Positions 9,720-20,543 of a DNA stretch of 64,000 bases are shown here, in pieces. Every line of letters starts with the position of its first letter. The first letter of the stretch is position 1. The stretch is from Dehalococcoidia bacterium (lineage in GTDB: Bacteria; Chloroflexota; Dehalococcoidia; UBA2979): contig OZ244720.1 of the NCBI GenBank assembly GCA_965219085.1, positions 128,001 to 192,000 of the forward strand, read 5' to 3'. The position numbers and the translations under genes were made by a program. Under the pieces are notes generated by a model that did no database searches, was not told the DNA's origin, and saw only the letters and a list, made by a program, of their open reading frames with translations.

Positions 9720-11428
9720 GTACCTCCCCCCCGTCGACTCAGCGGCCTGAAGTGACGGATCGTGAGTGATGTGTAATGTGGGTGACTCCACCATTGCGTT
9801 GTGCGGACACTATTCTGATTCCACACGTGATGAGACGCAACCGCGCTCAGCAACTACTGATGTCTAAGATAAGACGGTACAACGAAATCGCCACAGTACG
9901 GCTCGGAGCAGCACGATGTGGGCGATGGAGGGTCGGCGATGCCGCCCACCGCCCTGACGCGTACACATCCGTCTCGTGAGCATCCGCCGGGGATGACCGG
10001 CGCGGCTGCGCCGGGAGCGCTCGGGCCTACCACCCCTTGTGTCTGGAGCGACGGGCGCGGCAGGCCTGACCAGGTGGCCTTCACCAGGCCACGACGTGAC
10101 GCAGCCGGCCGGCGCAGGCGCCCGTCCCTCGCGCAGTGACCTCGATGGCCGTCCCGTCGGACCAACCGCCGATGAGCGAGATGCGTGCATCGTCAGGCCG
10201 TCCGGCGACGAGAGACTCCGACACCTCCCGTGTGCCCGATCACCCCATCGAGGATCGCCGGCCGCCGCCGGGCAAGCGACACACCGTGGTCGTGAAGATT
10301 GACGGCGCAGAGGCCGCAACGCGGGCTCTCTCATGGGGTAGCGGCGGTGTCCATGCCAGCCGGGGCACGGCCTCCGGAGCATGCGGGACAACCGTCGGGC
10401 AATACCGGGACCTGAACGGCGGAGTCGCTCGCGCCGGCCAGCGCCGCCTCCCGCGGGTTCCTCGGTAGAATCGCCCTGAACCAGGTACTCGGTAGGTTGA
10501 GCTGGCTGGTCACGGCCCACCCGTATCTCACGATCCTCGTCCTCGTCATCATCACCGTCGTGCTGGGCGCGGGGGCACTGCTGCGCCTGCCGCCGCCGGA
10601 GACCGAGGACACCCTTCCCCAGGGAGCGCCGTCGCCGAGGCGTGCACCAGATCGACGTGCTCTTCGGGGAATCCGGCGGGAGCAGCGTTGTCACGCTCCT
10701 GTTCCGCAGTGAGGCGCTCACGCCCGACGGGCTCTCGCAGATGGCCGCCCTGGTTGATGCTATCAAGAGCGACCCGAGTGTCGGAGGCTTGCTGGCGTCG
10801 AGCGATCCAGTCGTCGCTCGCGCGTCCCTGATCCAGACCATGCTCCGAGTGGACGGCTTCGAGTCGGTCACGCAGGCGGACATCGACTCCGCGCGCGGCG
10901 CTCCGCTGCTGCAGCCGGCGCTCGCCGCGATGACTGGTAGCGATACCGACGGAACGCCGGTCGCGATCGCCACCATCCGCCTGCGCGACACGGGCGACGA
11001 GCGCGTTGAGGACGCCGAACGGCTGATCCACGAGCTCGCGGCCGAAGATGAGGGCCCGCTGCGCGTGAGCAGCATCTCACCCACCGTGGTTGAGGACGCA
11101 TACCAGAAGGCGACCGAGGAGGGATGGCGCCGCTCATCGGGCTGGCCCCGTTGCTGATCGCGGCGCTGATCCTGCTCTTCATGCGCACGCTCTCGGATCT
11201 GCTGCTGACGCTAACGGGGCTGCTGTTCGCGCTGATCTGGATCATCCGGGGCGGAGGGGTGGCTCGGGCCGAACGGGCTGGGCGTGACCGGCCCGCCGAA
11301 CTCGCTCACGGCGCTGGTGCCGATCATCGTGATCAGCCTCACCGTGGACTACGCGATCCAGACGGTCTCGCACTACCGCGAGCAGCGCGTTGCCGGGGAT
11401 GACCGGACCCCCTTCGCGAGTCCACCGC

Positions 11429-12253
11429 TTATGAGAGTCCAGCGTGTAGCTGAGTCTCCCAGCGCTCGGCGTAGGCAGCCGGAGCGAGCCAGCCCAGGCT
11501 GCTATGCGGGCGCTTCGTGTTGTACTCGATCCGCCAGTCCTCAAGCAGCACCTGCGCCTCAAGCAGGCTGTCGAACTGCTCGACCGCCAGGAACTCGTCG
11601 CGCAGCCGGCCGTTGAACGACTCGACGTACGGGTTCTCCCACGGCGCACCGGGCTCGATGTAGCTGCTGCCCGTGCCGGAGAACCGGCACCAGTCGCGGA
11701 GGGCGTTGGCCGTGAGCTCAGGTCCGTTGTCGCAGCGGATATACCCGGGCGCCGTCCCGCGCCGGGCGACGATCCCCTCGAGCGTTGAGGCCGTGGCGTC
11801 GGCGTTGATGCGCCTGGCGGCCACGATCGCCAGCGCCTCCCGTGTGTGCTCGTCGACGATGTTGAGCAGCTTCAGGACCCGCCCGTCCGCGGTCTGGTCG
11901 AACTGGAAGTCCAGCGCCCAGACGTGGTTCGGCCGCTCAGCGCGCAGCCTGGCGGCGGGCACCGCCGAGTCCCCCAGGCGCTGACGCTTGCGTCGTTTCA
12001 CCGGGACGCGCAGCCCTTCCTCACGCCAGAGCCGTTGCACCCGCTTGCGATTCACGCCCCATCCCTCCTCGCGTAAGGTCGCCCAGGCCCGGCGGTACCC
12101 CCAGCGGGGGTGGCCACGCGAGAAGGCGTGGAGTTCCGCGCGCAGCGCGTCGTCGCCGCGGCCGCGCACCGGGAGGCGGCGCTGTGTGGAGCGGTGCTGG
12201 CCGGTGACCCGGCATGCCCGCCGTTCCGACAACTCGAGGCGGTCCTGCAACAT
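11429..12253 (-). CDS. IS3 transposase OrfB (DDE integrase core; probably fused to OrfA by programmed frameshift)
   Basis: WALDF, CDNGPE, ENPYVESFNGRLRDE, RPHSSLG. Confidence 0.93.
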   Translation of the reverse strand: MLQDRLELSERRACRVTGQHRSTQRRLPVRGRGDDALRAELHAFSRGHPRWGYRRAWATLREEGWGVNRKRVQRLWREEGLRVPVKRRKRQRLGDSAVPAARLRAERPNHVWALDFQFDQTADGRVLKLLNIVDEHTREALAIVAARRINADATASTLEGIVARRGTAPGYIRCDNGPELTANALRDWCRFSGTGSSYIEPGAPWENPYVESFNGRLRDEFLAVEQFDSLLEAQVLLEDWRIEYNTKRPHSSLGWLAPAAYAERWETQLHAGLS

Positions 12254-12282
12254 GCAGACTGCCTCGCGCCGGCGCGACGGGC

Positions 12283-12561
12283 TTACCAGTTTCCCCGGGC
12301 GATCTCCTTGAGCGCGTCGATCTCGAGTTCCTTGTCGGCGACGATCCGCTTCAGCCGGGCGTTCTCGCGCTCCAGCTCGCGCAGCCGTTTGGCGTCGTCG
12401 GCCTTCATCCCGCCGTACTGGTTGCGCCAGCGGTGGTAGGTCTGCTCCGAGATCTCGACCTGCTTCGCCGCCTCGGCGATCGTCTGCCCCTCACCGAGCA
12501 GCCGCTCCACCTCCCGCAGCTTCCGCACGATCTGCTCGGGCGTGTGCCTGCGTCGTTTCAC
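12283..12561 (-). CDS. IS3 transposase OrfA
   Basis: HTH: RHTPEQIVRKL..QTYHRWRNQYGGM; ends at GGGGAAAC-TGG-TAA frameshift window. Confidence 0.92.
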   Translation of the reverse strand: MKRRRHTPEQIVRKLREVERLLGEGQTIAEAAKQVEISEQTYHRWRNQYGGMKADDAKRLRELERENARLKRIVADKELEIDALKEIARGNW

Positions 12562-13375
12562 CGTGATGTCCTCCTCTGCCCACTTTCATGGGCCAAAGGA
12601 CTCTCATCAACGGTGGTCCCGTTTCAAGGGGTCGGGTCAGGGAGCCGGTCGTCAGCGCCGTTCGCATGGGACTGCGAAGCGTCACCATCCCACTGCTGCT
12701 GGCCGCCGTCACGACGATCGTGAGCCTGCTGGCGAGTCTGTTCTCCCCGATCGAGATCGTGGGCGACTTCGGCATCATCGCGGGGCTTGGCGTGGGCATG
12801 AGCCTGATCGTCATGCTCACGCTGATCCCGGCGGGACGGACGATCATCGACCGGCGGCAAGAGGCTCGCGGCACACTGGCGCCGCCCCGCCCAATCTCGA
12901 GCGCGTTGCCCGGCATCGAGCGGGGAGCGGAGCTGCTCGGGAGGAGCGTGACTCGCTGGCCGGTCCCCTACATCGTGGGCGTGCTTGCGGTGACGGTTGC
13001 GCTCGGGTTCGCGGCCACGGGGCTCAAGTCGGAGTTCAGCATCCGCGACATCCTGCCCAGAGGTGGGGGCTTGCTCACGGATATGGACACCCTCGAAGCG
13101 GCCGTCGGGGGCTCGACGGAGATGGCCAGCGTGCTCGTGCAGGCCGAGGCCACGGAGACTCCGCGAGATCCCGAGGCTCTCCGGCTCGCTGAGCGGGCGT
13201 ATGGACGCTCTGCACACGGTCGAGGAGCTTGTCGACGGTCTTCGCCTTCCGTCTCATTCCGGGGGTCTTGAGCATGAATTTGGGCAGGACCCTGAGGACG
13301 TGAGTACTGAGCGCTCGTGCAGGATCGCGGGAGTCGCGACCCTCAACTTCGATCTCTCCGCCAGGGCCAGCATCT

Positions 13376-13741
13376 ATGGGCTCGTTCGTGGAGATCCACG
13401 AACGTTCGATCGACATGGATCTGCGTCTCTGGGTACTGGCCACGCCGGTCGACGCTACGCTCATCGACCTCTCGCTGGTCTCTCAGGTCCGCGAGATACG
13501 GAAGCCGGGGCGGTGGATTGCAGGTCTCGGGTTCCTCCCGGTGAGGCTGCGCGCCCCCGTCATGAACAAGTTCATGTCGCTTCAGCAGAAGCATGACGTG
13601 CTCCAGGACGTGGCGATCTGGGGCCCCAGGCGGTACGTATCCGTCCCGCGTCTCAACCGTTCCGACGGCGAGGTCAGGAAGTATCGGGCCTACTGCGCCC
13701 AGTTCTATCCTGATCCCGGCGATTGCGGCTCCACTGCCTGA
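13376..13741 (+). CDS. Hypothetical protein, likely fragment
   Basis: Codon bias consistent with coding; no recognisable motif. Confidence 0.35.
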   Translation: MGSFVEIHERSIDMDLRLWVLATPVDATLIDLSLVSQVREIRKPGRWIAGLGFLPVRLRAPVMNKFMSLQQKHDVLQDVAIWGPRRYVSVPRLNRSDGEVRKYRAYCAQFYPDPGDCGSTA

Positions 13742-13834
13742 GCCTCGCCACCGGTCGTATGCGATCGAGGTAACACAGCCCGCCACAGGCTGGCGGGAGC
13801 GGCCGCGCTGTGGCCCGAACCGCTGCTCCGAACG

Positions 13835-16800
13835 CTATTCGTCTTCCGGGAGTAGCACGACGCGTACGTAGCGGTCATCCGGCAGGTAGCGTCGGGCTGC
13901 CGCCGCGACCTGCTCCAGCGTCAGCGCGTCCAGTCGCTCATCGAAGCGGTTGATCTCCGTGAACGACTCACCTCGCTCCGTCACAGCCTGGATTTGACCG
14001 AGCCAGAACCCGTTGTCACGCAGCTGTTCCTTCCGTGGCGTGCGGAGCAGTTCCCTGGCCGTGTCCAGGTACGACTGCTCACCCCCCGCGCGCAACCAAT
14101 CCAGTTCCACCGTCACCTCCCCTGTCAGCTCCTCCGCACGGGCAGGATCACTACCGAAGATGATGGCGACCTGGTATTCGGGATCCGGTAGCCGCTGGAG
14201 GCCGGCACTCACGCTGATGCTGTACGTTCCGCCCAGGGCTTCCCGCACTCGCTCGCGGAGACGGATCCCGAGCATCTCGCCTGCTACTCGCAGTGTCAGC
14301 GCTTCGGGGCGGCTCCACTCGGCGTCGCCGGCGAACACCAATATCGTGGTGCTGCGTGGTTCGATGCCGCTGAGGACGACGTGCTCCTCGATGCCGTCTG
14401 GTGGGTCGATCCCGACGTCGCGCCACTCCTCGGCACGCCCGGCGGTCGGCAAGCTGGCCAGGTATGTGGCGGTCAAGGAGCGCAGGTTGTCCCAGTCGAA
14501 GGCGCCGACGAACACGAAGGTGGCGTCGCCCAGGTCGGCAAACCGGTCGGCGTACACCGCTCCCGCTCGCTCCATGCTGAGTTCCTCCAACAGGTCGACG
14601 GTCAGCGGTCGCCGCCGGAAGTGATCCTGGGCGAGCACGGTGTTCGCAGTGTCGTAGAGCACGGCGTCCGGCTGGGCGCTGCGCGTCTCGGCGGCGCTGC
14701 GCAGCCTCGCCTCGTACGTCGAGAAGTAGGCCGGGTCGAGCCTCGGCGCGGTTGCATACAGCGTGATCAGCTGGAACAGGGTCCCCATGTCCTCCGGGGA
14801 GGCGCTGCCGCTGAGGCCCTCCGCCAGCTCCCCGATATAAGGCGAGACCGCCACCCGCTCGCCCGCTAGCAGCTTGTCTAGGCCGACACTGTCGTGCACA
14901 CCGGCGCCGCTGCCGGCAACCAGTGCGGCAGCGTAGAGCGCGGACACGAAGTCCGCGTCGGCGACCAGTGAATGCCCGCCCGGACTGAACGCGGTGAACA
15001 CCACCTCGTCACGGCGGAAGTCGGTCTGCTTGGCAATGACGGTAATGCCGTTCGACAGACTCCACCTGAGAGCGTCGATGGACTCGATTCGCTCCTCCTC
15101 GACGATGCTCCCCGGAGTCGGGAGCGTTGCCAGGAGCGGGACATCCTCGAACGTGTCCGCGTACGGCTGCACGACCAGTGTGTCTGCACCCTCAAGCTGC
15201 GTCCGCAACGCCGCGGCCAACTCCGCATCTGAGCTGGTCTCAGCTCCCTCGGGCTGCAAGACGAGGAGCACCGTGTTCTCGGGCTGCGTCCAGTACGCCG
15301 CTACGTCATCGATATCGGCCAGCGAGACGTGCGGCAGCACCTCCTGGTACAGCTCCCACTCGGCCTCGATGCCGGGAACCGGCGTCCCGCTGAGGAAGTG
15401 GCTCCGGTACGACTGGGCAAGCCGGCCCGACACCTGCTGGTCGCGCTGCTTGTACACACTCTCGACGGAGCTCGACAGGTTGACCTTCTCGCGAGCCAGC
15501 TCGGTGGCGGTAAAGCCATGCTGCCGAGCGCGCTGCAGCTCCTCCAGTAGCCCCGCGAATCCGCGCTCGACGCCGTCCTGCTCCACCAGGATGGTGAAAG
15601 TCAGGATGTCGAGCGGTTCGACGAACCCGGAGCGTCCGGTCTGAGACAACAGGTAGGGGGGATCGGCGACCTGGCCCCGCTCGAACAGCCGGGCGTTCAG
15701 CATCATGAACGCGAGTTGTTCCGTCGCGCCGCGCCGGAATGCTGCCACGTCCTGGCCGGCTTCAGGCGCAATCTTGCGTACCAGGGTCAGCTGCGTGACG
15801 GGCGCCTCGGGGTCGGTGAACACATCGACGAGCGGGGCCTCGTTGTCGGGCACGTCGAAGCTCGGCCGGTCGGTGGGATCCGCGACGGCAGCCCGCTCCT
15901 GGGAAGCCTCGCCCTCCGGGGGCGGCGCGAAGTGCTGCCGCACCTTCGCCTCGATCAGCTCCGCATCGAAGTCACCCACGGCGACCACGGCCATGAGGTC
16001 CGGCCGATACCAACGCTCGTAGTACGCCCGCAACTGCTCCACAGGCGTGGTCTCGATGATCTCGGTGAGCCCGATCGGGCTCCGTTCCGCGTAGCGCGAG
16101 GAGCCGAAGAGCAGCGGGAACAGGTTGGTCTGGAAGCGCGAGGAGAACCCCTGGTACACGCGCCACTCCTCCAGCACCACCTTGCGCTCCAGCTCCACCT
16201 CGTCGGTAGCGAAGCTGATCGCGTAGGCCCAGTCACTGAGAATCTGGAACGCCGTCTCGATCGTGTCGGGATCGTCCGTCGGGATCTCGAGCCAGTACGT
16301 GGTTGAGTCGTAGCCGGTCCCGGCGTTCAGGTCGGCGCCCAGGCTGCTGCCGATGGACTCGAGGTACTCGACGATTTCCTGCTTGGCGAAGCGTGCCGTC
16401 CCGTTGAAGGCCATGTGCTCCACGAAGTGGGCGAGCCCACGCTGCTCCTCTTCTTCAAGGACGGAGCCGGCCTTCACGACCAGCGACAGCTGCGCGCGGC
16501 CGCGTGGCTCCTCGTTGTGCCTGATGTAGTAGTCCAGACCGTTGCTGAGGGTGCCGCGAACCACCGCGGGATCGAAGGGGAGAGCAGCATCCGGCCCGGA
16601 TACGGGCGGTGCAGGCGTCGCCGTGGCCGTGGGTTCGGGAGTTGGAGTAGGCGCCTCGGCCGCGGGCGTAGCCGTAGCCGTGGCCGTGGGTTCGGGAGTT
16701 GGAGTGGGCGCCACGGCCGCGGGCGTAGCCGTGGCCGTGGGTTCCGGAGTTGGAGTGGGCGTCTCGGCAACAGGCGTAGCGGTGGCAGTGGGTTCGGGAG

Positions 16801-16999
16801 TTGGAGCCGGCGTCTCGACCGCAGGTGTAGCGGTGGCTGTGGGGGACGGAGTTGGAGCCGACGTCTCGACCGCAGGTGTAGCCGTGGCTGTCGGAGACGG
16901 AGTTGGCGTGGGGGTAGGTTCGGAAGTGCATCCCACCAATGCAGCCAACACCAGCGTGAAGAAGACAACGGCTAGCAGGGACTTCGGACTCGCGTTCAT
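13835..16999 (-). CDS. M16 family zinc metallopeptidase (PqqL-like) lipoprotein with Pro/Thr stalk
   Basis: [14 protein letters not shown] (HxxEH), [16 protein letters not shown]; lipobox LVGC; GAGAGG RBS. Confidence 0.9.
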   Translation of the reverse strand: MNASPKSLLAVVFFTLVLAALVGCTSEPTPTPTPSPTATATPAVETSAPTPSPTATATPAVETPAPTPEPTATATPVAETPTPTPEPTATATPAAVAPTPTPEPTATATATPAAEAPTPTPEPTATATPAPPVSGPDAALPFDPAVVRGTLSNGLDYYIRHNEEPRGRAQLSLVVKAGSVLEEEEQRGLAHFVEHMAFNGTARFAKQEIVEYLESIGSSLGADLNAGTGYDSTTYWLEIPTDDPDTIETAFQILSDWAYAISFATDEVELERKVVLEEWRVYQGFSSRFQTNLFPLLFGSSRYAERSPIGLTEIIETTPVEQLRAYYERWYRPDLMAVVAVGDFDAELIEAKVRQHFAPPPEGEASQERAAVADPTDRPSFDVPDNEAPLVDVFTDPEAPVTQLTLVRKIAPEAGQDVAAFRRGATEQLAFMMLNARLFERGQVADPPYLLSQTGRSGFVEPLDILTFTILVEQDGVERGFAGLLEELQRARQHGFTATELAREKVNLSSSVESVYKQRDQQVSGRLAQSYRSHFLSGTPVPGIEAEWELYQEVLPHVSLADIDDVAAYWTQPENTVLLVLQPEGAETSSDAELAAALRTQLEGADTLVVQPYADTFEDVPLLATLPTPGSIVEEERIESIDALRWSLSNGITVIAKQTDFRRDEVVFTAFSPGGHSLVADADFVSALYAAALVAGSGAGVHDSVGLDKLLAGERVAVSPYIGELAEGLSGSASPEDMGTLFQLITLYATAPRLDPAYFSTYEARLRSAAETRSAQPDAVLYDTANTVLAQDHFRRRPLTVDLLEELSMERAGAVYADRFADLGDATFVFVGAFDWDNLRSLTATYLASLPTAGRAEEWRDVGIDPPDGIEEHVVLSGIEPRSTTILVFAGDAEWSRPEALTLRVAGEMLGIRLRERVREALGGTYSISVSAGLQRLPDPEYQVAIIFGSDPARAEELTGEVTVELDWLRAGGEQSYLDTARELLRTPRKEQLRDNGFWLGQIQAVTERGESFTEINRFDERLDALTLEQVAAAARRYLPDDRYVRVVLLPEDE
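16615..16925 (-). repeat. ~54-bp Pro/Thr intragenic repeat ([17 protein letters not shown]), about 6 copies
   Basis: Visible in translation and DNA. Confidence 0.9.
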
Positions 17000-17979
17000 C
17001 CAATTCACCTCTCGGTACCCGTTCTATTACCGCGAGCGCCAGCCGACACGGGAACGCAGTCACGGGCAACGTGCGCGCCTGGAGCAGTAGCGGTCTTCTT
17101 CCGTTATGTGTGCAATCGGTACGTCTGACGGGACTGTACTAGGAACGCGCCTCCCATGAGGCTGTCGGCCTCAGCGCCGGGTGGCTTGCTTCCGCGTTGA
17201 AGGATCTCCGAGCGGGAGGGCGCGTCACGCAGGGCATTCGTGCCAGTCGATATCCCTGGGTCGTCCAACGGTATGTACACGCTTTCTGTACAAAGTGCAT
17301 CCATTTCTCTGCTAATTGTGGACGGATCGCAGTAAATTCATGGCCTCACAGAGATTGAACTCCGGAATTCCCGCGGGGTCGGCTCGCTCGGCCCTTCGTC
17401 TTGAGGTTCGCCACCCCCCATTACGAGAGGACCGGAGACGGCGTCCGGACTCGCGTCCGACCGAAAAAACGTTCGTTGATTTGACTTTCATTGATTTGAA
17501 CCACTTTGAAACGGTGGCGGGGAAGTTTGACATGCCAGTGCAGCACGTTCGGAACATTCGCCACAAGAGGCATCCCGCGCCGGCCGGCCTGACGTTCGCG
17601 CTCGCGGCCCTGGCCGCGATGCTGTGGATCATGCTCACGGTGGACGGAGGCGAACGCACCGCCGCGGCCAGGCCACCGTCCGGCACGGTGGGCTGGGTGC
17701 GCACCTCGAGCAGTCGGCGAGTTCTCCCCCTCGAGGGACGGCAAGTACTTCTTCGAGGTCAAGCCGTCGATCAGGTCAGGGGCGACGATCGGCGCCTACT
17801 ACGTCAAGATCGAGGACATCGGGGCGCAATAGCCGGCGCACCGCGGGCGGCCGCGGCCACGGAGGGTCGCGAGGACAGGCCGGCGACTGCAGGAGGGGCG
17901 ACGATCGGCGCCTGCTACAGCACGATCGAGGTTGCTCTGGGTCGCGGGATGTGCACATTGAGTGCGATTCCCCGCTGTC

Positions 17980-18392
17980 CGCTCGCAACACGCCCTCACG
18001 GAATCGAGCATCCGCGGCCTCGTGCCTCTGGTGGATGAGGAGATGGACGGGGTGGCGCGCGAACAGCGCCTGAGGGCTGGAGACTGCCGAGGAGGGACTG
18101 GCCGACGTTCGCCGGCGGATGGACCGGCGAGGCGAGAGTCGTGCTCGAAGACAGGCGGGCGATGCTGGACAGCGGCGAGGTCATCGCCGCCTACGCTCGC
18201 GAGCTGGACGAGTTCCCGCGGACGAGCGAGTGACCGAGTCGAGGGCCTTCATCCGTTCGTCAAGGAGATCGTGGTGCAGCCCGGAACGGCGACAATCCGC
18301 TACACCATCCCTACCCCGCCGGACAGCCCCACCGGAGGGAGGGATGCGTCGGAGTTCGGACTCCTGGGCCGAGCTATGAGGACAGTCTCGTC
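17980..18392 (+). pseudogene. C-terminal relic of a large serine recombinase
   Basis: Frame-broken segments LTESSIRGLVPLVDEEMDGVAREQR / LADVRRRMDR / VIAAYARELDEF / ESRAFIRS-VKEIVVQPGTATIRYTIPTPPDS abutting the tRNA 3' end; family recognised from memory. Confidence 0.55.
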
Positions 18393-18467
18393 TGGTACCC
18401 TCGGCAGGACTCGAACCTGCGCCCCCGGCTCCGGAGGCCGGTGCTCTATCCACTGAGCTACGAGGGC
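18393..18467 (-). tRNA. tRNA-Arg (anticodon CCG)
   Basis: GCCCTCG acceptor, CCGGC-CTCCGGA-GCCGG anticodon arm, GGTTCGAGTCC, encoded CCA. Confidence 0.97.
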
Positions 18468-18515
18468 ATGGCCTTCAGTGTAGGGATGCCCGCGCGCGCG
18501 GAGCAACCGAGGCCG

Positions 18516-19676
18516 TTACGTCAGCGTCGCGAAGAACGCCGCCACATCGTCCGCGAAGAGCTCGGGCTGCTCCAGCGCGGCGAAGTGCCCTCCGCGCTCC
18601 ATCTCGGTCCAGCGCTCGATGCGGTAGTCGCGCTCCATCGCTGCGCGGGGAGACGCCCACGGCTCGGCCGGGAAGCGCGCGAAGGCCGTCGGCGTCTCGA
18701 TGCGGCCGCGCGGCTGGTACGGCGGGTCCTCGTGCTGCCGTTCGTAGTAGGTGCGCGCCGCGGACAGCACTTTCCCGGTCAGCCAGTAGAGCGTGACGTT
18801 CGCCAGCACGTCGTCGCGGTCGAACGTCTCCCACAGGTCATCGCCGTGGTCGCTCCAGGCCCAGAACTTCTCGACGATCCACGCGAGCAGTCCGACCGGC
18901 GAGTCATTGAGCGCGTAGGCAAGCGTCTGCGGCTTCGTGCCCTGCAGCGCGCCGTAGGCGCCCTCGCGGGTGCGCCAGTCGGCCTGGCTGTTCCACCACT
19001 CGGACTCCTCGGGTGACAGTTCGGCGCCCTCGGCCACAGCGCGCAGCGGCGGGAAGTTGAGATGCAGCCCCGCGACGGCCTCGGGGTGCGCCCCGGCGAG
19101 GCGGCTCGCGATGATCGCGCCCCAGTCCCCGCCCTGCACGCCGTAGCGGTCGTAGCCGAGGGCGCCCATGAGGGCGTGCATCCGCTCCGCGATGCGGCCC
19201 GGGTGCATGCCCGGCGTCGGCGGCACGTCGGAGAACCCGTAGCCGGGCAGCGACGGCACGATCACCTCGAACGCGGGCCCGCCTCCCGCGCCCCGTGAGA
19301 GCAGCTCCGCCGCCGGGATGAGTTCGATGAAGGAGCCGGGCCAGCCGTGCAGCAGCAGCAGCGGGAACGGCGCGACCTCGCCAGCGTCGGGTTCGGGCGC
19401 GAACAGGAAGCAGTGCAGCTCGCCCTCGGGATCGCCGAGGGGGCCCCGCAGCTGGGCGTGGCGGTTGAGCCGCTCCTGCACGTCGAACCAGTCGAACTCG
19501 GTGCGCCAGTAGCGCACGAGGCTGCGCAGCACGGCGTCGTCCGTGCCTGCGGACCAGCCGGTGGCGAACGGCATCGCTGGCCAGCGAGTCGAGTCGATGC
19601 GGCGATGCAGGTCGGCGACGGCGCGCGTGCTGAACGCGATGCGGAACGGCAGCATCCGCATCTGCGCGGGGTTCAT
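18516..19676 (-). CDS. Epoxide hydrolase (EHN domain plus alpha/beta hydrolase)
   Basis: YWRTEFDW, HGWPGS, QGGDWG, GGHFAALEQP. Confidence 0.92.
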   Translation of the reverse strand: MNPAQMRMLPFRIAFSTRAVADLHRRIDSTRWPAMPFATGWSAGTDDAVLRSLVRYWRTEFDWFDVQERLNRHAQLRGPLGDPEGELHCFLFAPEPDAGEVAPFPLLLLHGWPGSFIELIPAAELLSRGAGGGPAFEVIVPSLPGYGFSDVPPTPGMHPGRIAERMHALMGALGYDRYGVQGGDWGAIIASRLAGAHPEAVAGLHLNFPPLRAVAEGAELSPEESEWWNSQADWRTREGAYGALQGTKPQTLAYALNDSPVGLLAWIVEKFWAWSDHGDDLWETFDRDDVLANVTLYWLTGKVLSAARTYYERQHEDPPYQPRGRIETPTAFARFPAEPWASPRAAMERDYRIERWTEMERGGHFAALEQPELFADDVAAFFATLT

Positions 19677-19706
19677 GGGGCGGCGACAGTTGCGCGCGCG
19701 ACGCCG

Positions 19707-20471
19707 CTAGCGGCCGTGGTAGACGGGCGTGCGCTTCTCGGCGAAGGCGTCGGCGGCCTCCTTCGTGTCCTCGAGCGCGTAGAGATAGTCCTGCGCCTGC
19801 TTCAGCCCGACAGCGTTCTGGTACTGCGACAGCCGCGGCCGCGCCATCAGCAGTTGCTCCTTCGTGACCTGGACGTGGCGAGGCGGCAGCGCGGCGATCT
19901 CCTCGGCGATCTCGCGCGCGACGCGCATCACGTCGTCGCGCGGCACGACGTGGTTGGCGAGGCCGATCTCGTAGCAGCGCTGGGCGCTGATCTGGTGGCC
20001 GCGGATCAGGATCTCGCTGGCCGCGAGCCACGGGATGTTGTTGACCACGCCGAAGTTCGTCGGTCCGATGGTGCCCGTGGGCACCTCGGACATGGCGAAG
20101 ACGGCATCGTCCGCCGCGACCACGATGTCCGAGTTGTACGCGAGCGCCCAGCCCGCGCCCCACGCGCCGCCGCGCACCGCGCAGATGACGGGCTTCGTCG
20201 TGTACGGCGAGGTCGTACGACCGCGCGCGCCGGTCGTGTGGCCGCCGAGTTCGGCCTGCTCCTTGATGTCGCGGCCGGCGCAGAAGATGCGGCCGGCGCC
20301 GGTGAGAATCACGACCCGCACGTCGTCGTCGTGGATCGCGACGTCCCAGGCCGCAACGAGGTCATCGGCGAGCTCGCTCCCGACGGCGTTGAGGCGCTCC
20401 GGCCGGTTGAGCGTGATAGTGGCGACGTGACCGTCCATCTCGTACTGCACGAACTGCAACTCATCTGCCAT
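19707..20471 (-). CDS. Enoyl-CoA hydratase/isomerase family protein
   Basis: LNRPERLNA, FCAGRD, KPVICAV, AFAEKRTP. Confidence 0.88.
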   Translation of the reverse strand: MADELQFVQYEMDGHVATITLNRPERLNAVGSELADDLVAAWDVAIHDDDVRVVILTGAGRIFCAGRDIKEQAELGGHTTGARGRTTSPYTTKPVICAVRGGAWGAGWALAYNSDIVVAADDAVFAMSEVPTGTIGPTNFGVVNNIPWLAASEILIRGHQISAQRCYEIGLANHVVPRDDVMRVAREIAEEIAALPPRHVQVTKEQLLMARPRLSQYQNAVGLKQAQDYLYALEDTKEAADAFAEKRTPVYHGR

Positions 20472-20543
20472 GACGGGCTCCCCTCGTGGTCGCCCGCACA
20501 CTAGCCGCCTGCTGCCCCGGCCCGCAACGCGCGGCCCGAGGAC

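Larger units (their letters stand above)
11400..12639 (-). mobile_element. IS3-family insertion sequence (IS407-like), 4-bp target duplication GGGA
   Basis: TG..CA ends, ~41-bp imperfect IRs (TGACCGGACCCC..ATGAGAGTCC / GGACTCTCAT..GGGGTCGGGTCA), GGGA at 11396-11399 and 12640-12643. Confidence 0.95.
10497..13160 (+). pseudogene. MMPL/RND-family transporter pseudogene (several frameshifts, IS3 insertion, 3' truncated)
   Basis: Fragments in several frames (LVPIIVISLTVDYAIQ; LLLAAVTTIVSLL..FGIIAGLGV); removing the IS and one GGGA restores EQRVAGEPVVSAVR. Confidence 0.85.

Noticed and set aside
9720-10490. Long intergenic stretch as possible ncRNA
   Set aside because: No recognisable RNA motif; only short hairpins, likely promoter region plus degraded sequence
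16615-16925. Repeat array as non-coding element
   Set aside because: Encodes the in-frame Pro/Thr linker of the protease
17104-17304. 66-aa minus-strand ORF
   Set aside because: No motif, weak codon bias; probably island debris
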